DNA of 64,000 nucleotides from Orbicella franksi (Eukaryota): NCBI GenBank assembly GCA_964199315.1, contig OZ116709.1, positions 8,618,001 to 8,682,000 of the forward strand, read 5' to 3'. Shown piece by piece: positions 1 to 10,828 of this stretch (position 1 is its first letter; each line of letters starts with the position of its first letter). The notes under the pieces were generated by a model. It saw only the letters and a program-made list of their open reading frames with translations, ran no database searches and was not told where the DNA came from. The position numbers and the translations under genes were made by a program.

Positions 1-786
1 TCTCATTTCAGTGAGATGAGATTGGCAGAGGGATCTCTGCCAATAATATGGGTAAGAGATCTCATCTCACACCCATCCATGGTTAGCCTCAGTAACAGTC
101 TAGTTAGCCTAAAAAGAACCTGAATTACCCCCCTCCCCAACCCCTGGAAAAAAGTTGTCATTACATGTAGTTAGCTTGCAGTTAGCCTTAGAGCCAGTAT
201 GGATTACTGGCTGGCATGGCTTGCTTGCTGTTAGCCTAAATAACACTCCTAATAGCCCATTAAATAGCACTCTGTTTAGCCTTACTTAGCCTAGGTAGCA
301 AGTGGTGAGCCATTTTATTGGGGATAGAAATCCTGGCTTGCATGTGCACCATGCATGTCACCTATCTTACTCCCAAACCTATCCCACTAACCTGTACACA
401 CAATCCACTGTGTTCAACACTCATCCCACTGACTTTTACACTCATCCAACTGCCTTCCATGCCAATCCTACTGAATCCCTTTGCCTTCTATCCCACTGTT
501 CCCAACACCCATTCCACCAACCAGCTGATTTCCACACCCATTCCACCTACTTAAACTGCCAAACCCTCATGCATCCCACTGACATTCACACCACTGATCA
601 ATCTGACCACTTGCCTGTGGACACCAACTTCCACACCCCTTTCATATTCTCTCACACCTACCCTATCCACTCTCACACCCGTCCCACCAAATCCCTTTGT
701 CGTCCCACTTTGTGATTGTACTAATCACTGACTAAACTACTGAAATTCACTTCCATTCCATATGCTTCCACACCTACAGGTTTATA

Positions 787-924
787 CAGTGGAACCCCGC
801 CCTACGGCCACCTTGTTAATACGGTCAATTTATTCTGATCCAAACAAAAGCTCAATATGGCCACCCCGTTAATACAGCCAGATTTTTGTGGCCCATTGGT
901 GGCCGGTTTAACAGGGTTCCACTG
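787..924. mobile_element. Tc1/mariner (pogo/Tigger-type) MITE
   Basis: TA|CAGTGGAACCC...GGGTTCCACTG|TA: terminal inverted repeats with a TA target duplication. Confidence 0.75.
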
Positions 925-1153
925 TACCACTGAGCTGATACATCTCAGATCCCACTGACCCACATACCCTGTTCCCTAGCCAATGATCTTCACACTCATC
1001 CCCCCTGACCAACTAACCTTTAAATCTATCACACTGAATGCTCCCCCCCCCCACACACAAAAAAGATCGCTGATCCATTCTCTTCCTTATCCTTGAAAGT
1101 TTCAGTGCATCAAGTGTAGTAATAAGTGATTGTATTTGACATAAAGAAGAATT

Positions 1154-1338
1154 TGCAGCTACAGAAAATATCCATATCTGCCTCAAGGAATATTACAAGA
1201 AATTCCAAGGGGGAGTGGGGTTTCAAAAGCCAAAATTTATAGAGGAGAGTATGAAGCAAAGCTGCAATTCCCAGGGGTGGGGAGCTCAAACTAAAAACCT
1301 TTCATAGTAGGGAAATGGATATTTTCTGGAATGACACA
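1154..1338. mobile_element. MITE with CAGAAAATATCCAT terminal inverted repeats
   Basis: cagaaaatatccat near 1162 and atggatattttctg near 1316; a related copy lies at 18047-18235. Confidence 0.65.
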
Positions 1339-1502
1339 ATTTCTAGATAATTGATGTTGTCTTTGTAGATGTTACCACAAATTAGAACAAACATAAGAAT
1401 GAAAGGACAGCAATTAAAAGAAAAAATAATTTTAGTTTAAAATTGCAAGTAAAAATTGTCAAGTATGAGAGAAGATGAACTTCAGATTAATAAGTAGTCT
1501 AC

Positions 1503-2160
1503 CTCTGGTGGAATAATGTATTCTTCTGAATCCCATAAATGAATGCCGCCATACAGTGGAAAACTTTGGTTCGAAACATTAGTCAAGTTTGTAAGAGATG
1601 TTCCTTTCACTTTTGTGGTCACAGAACTGTACGGTATCTCTGTGTCTTGGTAACCTTTCTGGTATATTATAACATAGCTGAAAAAAATTTATTTCAAATT
1701 ACTTATTGATAATAAATGTCCAAGAAAGCAGACCAAGATGAATGTAAGGATTTCGCTTTGGCCTCGCTTTCTGAACGACAAAATTTCTTTATGTGATGTG
1801 AAACAATTGCTGTAAAATTGGTATGTTCAGTAATGGATCACAGGTGAAGTCAATATGCAGTAAGAACAAAAGAGTGGCACATGAGGTGATAGCCGAGTGT
1901 GTCACTGATGTTCTTACCACATTTCGATGTCTTCAATGCTATATCACTGAACAGCCCATGGAATTTATCTGTTTACAATCTATCTGTTTATATCATATCA
2001 TAGGGAAACAGAAAAAATGTTAATGGCGTAAATAATATTGATATATCTGTCCTGTCTGATCAAAAGTAAGAACCAACCAAAATGCGAGAACAGTTTGATT
2101 TACTATTATTACTGTTGTTGTTGTTAAAAAGTTATAATCATTACGTATATTATTATTATG

Positions 2161-2193
<33 letters not shown>

Positions 2194-3154
2194 CATTATC
2201 ATTATCATTTCATTATCATTATTATGGATATTGGACATGACGGGTAGTGAATAATACAGAGGCTGTTCTTTATCTTGAAATTTCTAAGAAAAATCTGTTA
2301 AATAAAAAACACAAAATTTTGTGTAATAAACCCTATTAGGTGAGAGCATGATTAAAGTTGGTGAAGAATTCCCTCATGTTGAGAAAAAGGTTTACATCAA
2401 CAACAAACCATCACAAGGTACATCTGTAAAGTTGTTTCTTCCCTTCCAAATTTGTGTATTTAAATGTGGAGTTTTAATTTCACAATAGCTGTAAATCCTG
2501 TGATCATTTTATGTACAGCTTGTAATCTTCAGTTTCGAGTTTAGTTTCACATTTTAATTTTATTTAGAGGAAGAAGTCTATGGATTTTAAAAATACTTTA
2601 TTTATACTTGATGAATATTTGTGAATCCAACTATCCAAATAAGGTGTGTATTAACAGTGGGGGAGCCAGACTTTGAGCTAGGGGGGGGGGGGGGGGTCGG
2701 GGGTCGGTTTTGTTTTACTTGCCCTGCCGGCTTTTCTTCCTTCAGTCATTTCTTCTTTTTTCACCCAAAAGAGAACTGATTAAAACTTTTAACTTTTCTT
2801 ATGGCTTCAACAACAAATTTACGCGTGTTCAGTTTTAATTTAGAATGCAAGCCGAAGACAAGCTAAATCGTGAACAACAGTGTGGATTACTTTAAATCGG
2901 CAAAGGGATGTGAGCATAATCGAAGTATGTCAGCATAATTTTAACTGAAGACATCACATGAGTGCGTGATCATATGCCCTTCTGTACACAAGCCTCGGCA
3001 GAAGAGTTTTCGCTACTTACATGATGACGTAGCAGATTATAGTGAGTTGAATTAGTCTGTTGATGATACCGATTGTCTTGCTTTGAATGTGGACCACTTT
3101 GCTTGTATCGTACTCAAAAAGGGCTGTAGTTAGAGCCTTGCAAAAGCCAGCCAT
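1503..3154 (-). CDS. P2RX: P2X purinoceptor (ATP-gated cation channel), coding exons 1-2; gene continues left of the window
   Basis: Exon 1 (3154-3021, 134 nt, donor GTAAG) = MAGFCKALTTALFEYDTSKVVHIQSKTIGIINRLIQLTIICYVI. Exon 2 (1677-1503, 175 nt, AG...GT) = YVIIYQKGYQDTEIPYSSVTTKVKGTSLTNLTNVSNQSFPLYGGIHLWDSEEYIIPPE. Contains the P2X YxTxK motif, TM1, KGYQ, the ATP-binding TKVKG lysines and WDxxxY. Splice phases agree. Confidence 0.95.
2165..2222. repeat. (ATTATC)n microsatellite
   Basis: Hexamer run seen directly; it explains the spurious MIMIMI ORF. Confidence 0.95.
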
Positions 3155-3543
3155 GTTGAAATCCGGAAGAGAATGTTCACTAGTTGAAGCTTGGTTACAT
3201 AGCTATCAGGTCAAGCGAATGTCACGCGCGGCCCCACGTTTACTCCCAGGATAGCCTTGTATGGATGTCTGTCAATTTTTTTGCGGAATCGAAGTCGGTA
3301 CTTTGCATTAACTCATGGCTATTTTAGAAGATTGCTTTATTGTTTCGCGAGCTTTTAATGTTTGTTTTATCACAGTAAAAACGAGTTATTGTCTTATTTC
3401 TCTCGAATCGATGTTCTTTGCAGATGGGTAGATTAGCAGCTAATTACGTTGTAACCTACTCAGTGGTAAACAGTAACTAAGTCAAGCAAAGTTCGCTACC
3501 TAAGGAGGTTCTAAGAGATCGGTTTATTTAAAGTTAAGTACAT

Positions 3544-6500
3544 CGCATGTTTGATCCTACTAATGAAGGTAAAAAATCATGGATGACCATCGTAATTATA
3601 CTTCAAGCCCCTTTGTTGCTCTAAAATATTTAACCCACATCTTTCAACTCAGTGGGTTATTCATACGTGATTTAGCAAACAAAGCCTTGTTTATCACGAA
3701 TAAAATAACTCTCAGTAGGTCTTAGTATGAAGCTAAGGATTAGCGAGAGCTATCTGTTTAAGATTCACCTCAGACTAGCAGCAAGAAGAGTAGACCAAAA
3801 AGGTCTTTTAAGCGATTACTTCATATCTGTATCACAAGTGTCATGTGAAAATAGAAATCCAAAGTTTACATGAAACGATCTCAACTATGAGAGCAATTAG
3901 TTTCCTAAAAAAAAGAGCTAATTGCAATTAACCTCATTTCATGTCTTGAGTCAGTGTTTTTTTGTCATGGTTACCTCGCAGGTGTTGGTATGCCATAAAA
4001 AGTGAAAGGCCCAAACATTTCCACTGTGGCAACTAGGCAGGAGTGACGATCATCATTCTACTTCCCTAAAAGAGTTGTAAACTTCTACGACCTTCTATTC
4101 TATTTCATCCTCTATTTTCGCCTATAACAATAGCAACGATGAGGCACATATTTAGATTCCACGGTCTCGTGGCTCCGAGTTAAATCACAGATTTGTTGGA
4201 AGTGACTAAGAGGCAAAATCCATATTTCAGACTAGAACAGATCGAACGCCCCGGCCATACAGAGAGAGAAAGAGGGGACCAGGGGCGGGGGGGTGGGGAG
4301 GGGGAAGGGGGAGGGCGGATGGCTTATGAAGCATGACGGTGCTAAGAAATTGTTTCGTCTCTGATCAATGTCATCATTCAGTGCGTTCTTACTTGATGTT
4401 ATGGAAGAACTCTTCACTGGACAATCTATGAAAATAATAAGATTCGAATGCCTGAGCGTTATACAAGGAATAAATCTGGCAGGATTTATTATTCCATGTA
4501 TAAACCGCCATTACAAGTATGATAAATGTTAGATTCCAGTTATGACCAGCATGATCAAAACAGGAAGACAATTCCTGACATTCTTGATATTGGTTTTTAT
4601 TTGGTGTAACTGGTTATGTTCATATGTTGGTTGTTTGTATAGGTTCTAATTCAATAAATCAATGACAGTACTGGGTTGTCGGTACTGGGTTGCAGTGAAA
4701 AAAATTGATCTTTAACTGCAGCATCATCAATGTAGAAGAAATAGATCGCTAAACATTAAAGGCCGGCGGCTTGTTTGTCTTAAAAGCAGCTAAAAGCCAC
4801 CGGCACTTGAACCCCTTTGAGCATTTTTACCCATCGAATTTAACCAGTGGGGTGTAACAGGTGTATATGAATAACGCATGTTTGATCCTACTAATGAAGG
4901 TAAAAAATCATGGATGACCATCGTAATTATACTTCAAGCCCCTTTTTTGCTCTAAAATATTTAACCCACATCTTTCAACTCAGTGGGTTATTCATACGTG
5001 ATTTAGCAGACAAAGCATTGTTTACCACGAATAAAATAACTCTCAGTAGGTCTTAGTATGAAGCTAAGGATTAGCGAGAGCTATCTGTTTAAGATTCGCC
5101 TCAGACTTACAGTAAGAAGAGTAGACCAAAAAGGTCTTTTAAGCGATTACTTCATATCTGTATCACAAGTGTCATGTGAAAATAGAAATCCAAAGTTTAC
5201 ATGAAACGATCTCAACTATGAGAGCAGTTAGTTTCCTAAAAAAAAAGAGCTAATTACAATTAACCTCATTTCATGTCTTGAGTCAGTGTTTTTTTGTCAT
5301 GGTTACCTCGCAGGTGTTGGTATGCCATAAAAAGTGAAAGGCCCAAACATTTCCACTGTGGCAACTAGGCAGGAGTGACGATCATCATTCTACTTCCATA
5401 AAAGGGTTGTAAACTTCTACGACCTTCTATTCTATTTCATCCTCTATTTTCGCCTATAACAATAGCAACGATGAGGCACATATTTAGATTCCACGGTCTC
5501 GTGGCTCCGAGTTAAATCACAGATTTGTTGGAAGTGACCAAGAGGCAAAATCCATATTTCAGACTAGAACAGATCGAACGCCCCGGCCATACAGAGAGAA
5601 AGAGGGGACCAGGGGGGGGGGGGTGGGGAGGGGGAAGGGGAGGGCGGATGGCTTATGAAGCATGACGGTGCTAAGAAATTGTTTCGTCTCTGATCAATGT
5701 CATCATTCAGTGCGTTCTTACTTGATGTTATGGAAGAACTCTTCACTGGACAATGTATGAAACTAATAAGATTTTAATGCCCGAGCGTTATACAAGGAAT
5801 AAATCTGGCAGGATTTATTATTCCATGCATAAGCCGCCATTACAAGTATGATAGATGTTAGATTCCAGTTATGACCAGCATGACCAAAACAGGAAGACAA
5901 TTCCTGACATTCTTGATATTGGTTTTTATTTGGTGTAACTGGTTATGTTCAAATGTTGGTTGTTTGTATAGGTTCTAATTCAATAAATCAATGACAGTGC
6001 TGGGTGGTCGTTACTGGGTTGCAGTGAAAAAAATTGATCTTTAACTGCAGCATCATCAATGTAGAAGAAATAGATCGCTAAACATTAAAGGCCGGCGGCT
6101 TGTTTGTCTTAAAAGCAGCTAAAAGCCACCGGCACTTGAACCCCTTTGAGCATTTTCACCCATCGAATTTAACCAGTGGGGTGTAACAGGTGTATATGAA
6201 TAACGCATGTTTGATCCTACTAATGAAGGTAAAAAATCATGGATGACCATCGTAATTATACTTCAAGCCCCTTTTTTGCTCTAAAATATTTAACCCACAT
6301 CTTTCAACTCAGTGGGTTATTCATACGTGATTTAGCAGACAAAGCCTTGTTTACCACGAATAAAATAACTCTCAGTAGGTCTTAGCATGAAGTTAAGGAT
6401 TAGCGAGAGCTATCTGTTTAAGATTCGCCTCAGACTTACAGTAAGAAGAGTAGACCAAAAAGGTCTTTTAAGCGATTACTTCATATCTGTATCACAAGTG

Positions 6501-8858
6501 TCATGTGAAAATAGAAATCCAAAGTTTACATGAAACGATCTCAACTATGAGAGCAATTAGTTTCCTAAAAAAAAGAGCTAATTGCAATTAACCTCATTTC
6601 ATGTCTTGAGTCAGTGTTTTTTTGTCATGGTTACCTCGCAGGTGTTGGTATGCCATAAAAAGTGAAAGGCCCAAACATTTCCACTGTGGCAACTAGGTAG
6701 AAGTGACGATCATCATTCTACTTCCATAAAAGGGTTGTAAACTTCTACGACCTTCTATTCTATTTCATCCTCTATTTTCGCCTATAACAATAGCAACGAT
6801 GAGGCACATATTTAGATTCCACGGTCTCGTGGCTCCGAGTTAAATCACAGATTTGTTGGAAGTGACCAAGAGGCAAAATCCATATTTCAGACTAGAACAG
6901 ATCGAACGCCCCGGCCATACAGAGAGAAAGAGGGGGCCAGGGGGGGGGGGGGTGGGGAGGGGGAAGGGGAGGGCGGATGGCTTATGAAGCATGACGGTGC
7001 TAAGAAATTGTTTCGTCTCTGATCAATGTCATCATTCAGTGCGTTCTTACTTGATGTTATGGAAGAACTCTTCACTGGACAATGTATGAAACTAATAAGA
7101 TTTTAATGCCCGAGCGTTATACAAGGAATAAATCTGGCAGGATTTATTATTCCATGCATAAGCCGCCATTACAAGTATGATAGATGTTAGATTCCTGTTA
7201 TGACCAGCATGACCAAAACAGGAAGACAATTCCTGACATTCTTGATATTGGTTTTTATTTGGTGTAACTGGTTATGTTCAAATGTTGGTTGTTTGTATAG
7301 GTTCTAATTCAATAAATCAATGACAGTGCTGGGTGGTCGTTACTGGGTTGCAGTGAAAAAAATTGATCTTTAACTGCAGCATCATCAATGTAGAAGAAAT
7401 AGATCGCTAAACATTAAAGGCCGGCGGCTTGTTTGTCTTAAAAGCAGCTAAAAGCCACCGGCACTTGAACCCCTTTGAGCATTTTCACCCATCGAATTTA
7501 ACCAGTGGGGTGTAACAGGTGTATATGAATAACGCATGTTTGATCCTACTAATGAAGGTAAAAAATCATGGATGGCCATCGTAATTATACTTCAAACCTC
7601 TTTTTTGCTCTAAAATATTTAACCCACATCTTTCAACTCAGTGGGTTATTCATACGTGATTTAGCAGACAAAGCCTTGTTTACCACGAATAAAATAACTC
7701 TCAGTAGGTCTTAGTATGAAGCTAAGGATTAGCGAGAGCTATCTGTTTAAGATTCGCCTCAGACTTACAGTAAGAAGAGTAGACCAAAAAGGTCTTTTAA
7801 GCGATTACTTCATATCTGTATCACAAGTGTCATGTGAAAATAGAAATCCAAAGTTTACATGAAACGATCTCAACTATGAGAGCAATTAGTTTCCTAAAAA
7901 AAAAGAGCTAATTACAATTAACCTCATTTCATGTCTTGAGTCAGTGTTTTTTTGTCATGGTTACCTCGCAGGTGTTGGTATGCCATAAAAAGTGAAAGGC
8001 CCAAACATTTCCACTGTGGCAACTAGGCAGGAGTGACGATCATCATTCTACTTCCATAAAAGGGTAGTAGACTTCTACGACCTTCTATTCTATTTCATCC
8101 TCTATTTTCGCCTATAACAATGGCAACGATGAGGCACATATTTAGATTCCACGGTCTCGTGGCTCCGAGTTAAATCACAGATTTGTTGGAAGTGACTAAG
8201 AGGCAAAATCCATATTTCAGACTAGAACAGATCGAACGCCCCGGCCATACAGAGAGAGAAAGAGGGGGCCGGGGAGGTGGGGAAAGGGAAGGGGGAGGGC
8301 GGATGGCTTATGAAGCATGACGATGCTAAGAAATTGTTTCGTCTCTGATCAATGTCATCATTCAGTGCGTTCTTACTTGATGTTATGGAAGAACTCTTCA
8401 CTGGACAATCTATGAAAATAATAAGATTCGAATGCCTGAGCGTTAAACAAGGAATAAATCTGGCAGGATTTATTATTCCATACATAAGCCGCCATTACAA
8501 GTATGATAAATGTTAGATTCCTGTTATGACCAGCATGATCAAAACAGGAAGACAATTCCTGACATTCTTGATATTGGTTTTTATTTGGTGTAACTGGTTA
8601 TGTTCAAATGTTGGTTGTTTGTATAGGTTCTAATTCAATAAATCAATGACAGTACTGGGTTGTCGGTACTGGGTTGCAGTGAGAAAAATTGATCTTTAAC
8701 TGCAGCATCATCAATGTAGAAGAAATAGATCGCTAAACATTGAAGGCCGGCGGTTTGTTTGTCTTAAAAGCGGCTAAAAGCCACCGGCACTTGAACCCCT
8801 TTGATCATTTTAACCCATTAAATTTAACCAGTGGGGTGTAACAGGTGTATATGAATAA
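3544..8858. repeat. Tandem array of four near-identical ~1.33-kb units
   Basis: CGCATGTTTGATCCTACTAATGAAGG starts at 3544, 4875, 6204 and 7533. Unit 4 ends at 8858 (...GGTGTATATGAATAA). Unit lengths are 1331, 1329, 1329 and 1326 bp. Confidence 0.98.
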
Positions 8859-8951
8859 GGTGTATATGACTGAACTACGCAGTCGAGCTTTAGACGAACC
8901 TAACACGAATTCCATTTTATCTCTCAGTGAATTTCGTACATTCGGTAGAAA

Positions 8952-10445
8952 ATGGCAAAAGAAATAAGCACTTTGGCCGGTGCTTTCGCAACTGTTGGTA
9001 CAGCAACATTAGCTGGTGTTAACTTCGGGCAAGTGAAAAAACTCAATGGTGCCGTAGAATCATGTGCAAAGTACACCGGTAAATCATTTATGGAAACGTC
9101 TGTACGCCATATTGGTGAAACAGCAGGAAAGGGAGTTGCCACAGCAGCCACCGCAGTTGCAGCAGGCGTCACTTTTGGCCAAGTCGATGCGCTTAATGAA
9201 GCCGTGGTAACATGCGCTTAAGGCACTGTGGAAAGTTCAAAAGCAGCGGCCAAAGCGACGGCGAGTACCCTTAACGATGCTGTCGACGGGGTTCCTGGTG
9301 TAGGTCACGCTAAAGGAGCCATCCATTACCTTGTTGGAGATGAAATCGGCGGCGACAAAGCCATGAAATCCGCTTCCAGGACTGTCGGAGTGATTGCTGG
9401 TGGTGCTGGTGGTTTTGTCGTAGGTGGCCCCGTGGGTGCTGTAGCTGGAGGAATCGCAGGAGGTGCAGCAGCGGACGCTATTATATCTGGTGCTGATTCT
9501 GCCGTTCACAAAGAGTGGCGTCCGCATGGCCAAATAGCTGCATGGGACGCCCTTGCAAACGCAAAGACCGACGATGAGATCATCGATGGAGTTATTGGTG
9601 TTCTTGTAACTCCTGCTTTTGATGCACTCGGTGGAATTAAGGCTGGAAAACGTTTTGCGCCAAAAGCTGGTAAGCCGCGACCAGCTTCAGTTGCCAAGCC
9701 TAATCTTCTTAGACCGCCAAAAGCAAATCAAGCGCTCAAAGCTGGCAGAGGATCAGGAGGACCGGGAGGGCCAGGAGGGCCAGGAGGAGCGGGGGGCTCA
9801 GGAATGGGTGAACGACCAGGATTATCCATGACCCACGCAGAAGGTTTTCACCAACACTTTGGAATGAGTGATGAGCAATTTGCAACTTTTCAAGATCAAG
9901 GAAATGGGACGTTCATTGCCACCCAGGGCTTTGATTTTGTCCATGCAGTGTTGACAACCAACGATCACCCAACAACTATAGCGATCAACACAGCAACTCA
10001 ACAACCTGTGCAAGCAAGTGGCGCAGGCGCATTGTGGCAAACGTGTACAGGAAGCCCTATCGGCTCAAATCCCTGTGCTGTTAGCAACTGTACCAATATT
10101 AACCGTGACTGTTCAGTGCATCCTCAACATGCAGGTGCTACAGCCCATGTTTACCTAACAAGCCAAACACCAAACCATCAAATAGAATACATGGTGCTTA
10201 TGCCAACGTGTTGTGGTAATAATAATCATTTGCAATGTCACAACAATAATACGAACTTCCCCTTGGGTGGTCAAGAAGCCAATGTTTTGCAAGCAAGGCC
10301 TGGTACTCCAGTGATGTTCATTCGAATTGACAGAAACACAGCTGGGCGTAAAGGTGGCAAGGGGAGAGGAAAAGGAGAAGGGGGATCATTTGGACCACCC
10401 TTTGGCCACGATGGAGGCGACGGCAATAGCGGTGCTGCTCATTAA
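8952..10445 (+). pseudogene. Intronless glycine-zipper protein with a Cys/His-rich (putative His-Me/HNH-like) C-terminal domain, interrupted by one in-frame TAA (9219-9221)
   Basis: ORFs 8952-9221 and 9228-10445 are in the same frame, separated only by TAA-GGC-ACT. Start context is strong (aaaATGG). An internal repeat (AGVNFGQVKKLNGAVESCAK vs AGVTFGQVDALNEAVVTCA*) places the stop at a Lys position. No other disablement in 497 codons. It could be a null allele, a sequencing error or a split gene. Confidence 0.75.
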
Positions 10446-10828
10446 AGACAACAATCAGCAACCGAATCTATCTCCTGTGATATCTTTAACTGGAACATGT
10501 CATGTTACATGAAAATTTACATTGCTACATTGTGTGTTAACGTGAACTTTTTGAGGATATCTCGTGATTTGGTTGCAAATTAGTTTTATCCTAACGAAGA
10601 GCCATGAGAACAGGCTGTTACCCTGCTGAGTGTGAGTGCAGCAGTTTCACTTAACCAGATAACTTTTTTGAATTATATTTCCCGAAGGGCGGGGAGGGGA
10701 TAAGTCCGAAATAAAGAACGGGGATTCCGAGAAATTTTCGCAGAATATATCTTGCGACCAAGGTTGACTGACATTTGTGAAAGCAACCACGTATATATAT
10801 AAGGTCACTTTATTGCGTTTTTTTTTTT

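Noticed and set aside
11-70. Nested hairpin (12-bp outer and 10-bp inner stems)
   Set aside because: The symmetry is real, but it sits at the window edge in repeat-like sequence and cannot be interpreted.
302-715. 137-aa His/Thr/Pro-rich ORF
   Set aside because: It arises from degenerate CATCCCACTGAC-type low-complexity repeats on the antisense strand of a P2X intron; no domain signal.
1090-1165. Possible P2X exon 3 (KFFFMSNTIT, minus strand)
   Set aside because: It has only a loose likeness to FFVMTN, runs into a stop and has no fitting donor; exon 3 is probably left of the window.
2349-2418. MIKVGEEFPHVEKK... followed by a GT, resembling a peroxiredoxin start
   Set aside because: Only 23 codons, antisense within a P2X intron, with no downstream exons found.
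4232-8555. Recurring 60-87-aa minus-strand ORFs (MKSSSITSSK..., MSSCFDHAG...)
   Set aside because: They recur only because the DNA unit repeats, and their frames and stops differ between units, so there is no sign of coding constraint.
3544-8858. Array as a CRISPR-like array or Helitron concatemer
   Set aside because: There are no unique spacers between short repeats. There are no TC...CTRR ends, the hairpin lies far from the unit end, and no Rep/helicase is present.
9219-9221. Selenocysteine or ciliate-code (TAA=Gln) explanation for the internal stop
   Set aside because: Selenocysteine needs TGA. The many Gln codons downstream are all CAA/CAG, the frame ends normally at TAA, and the aligned residue is Lys.
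8924-10040. Minus-strand ORFs overlapping the glycine-zipper gene
   Set aside because: These are antisense shadows of a GC-richer coding frame.
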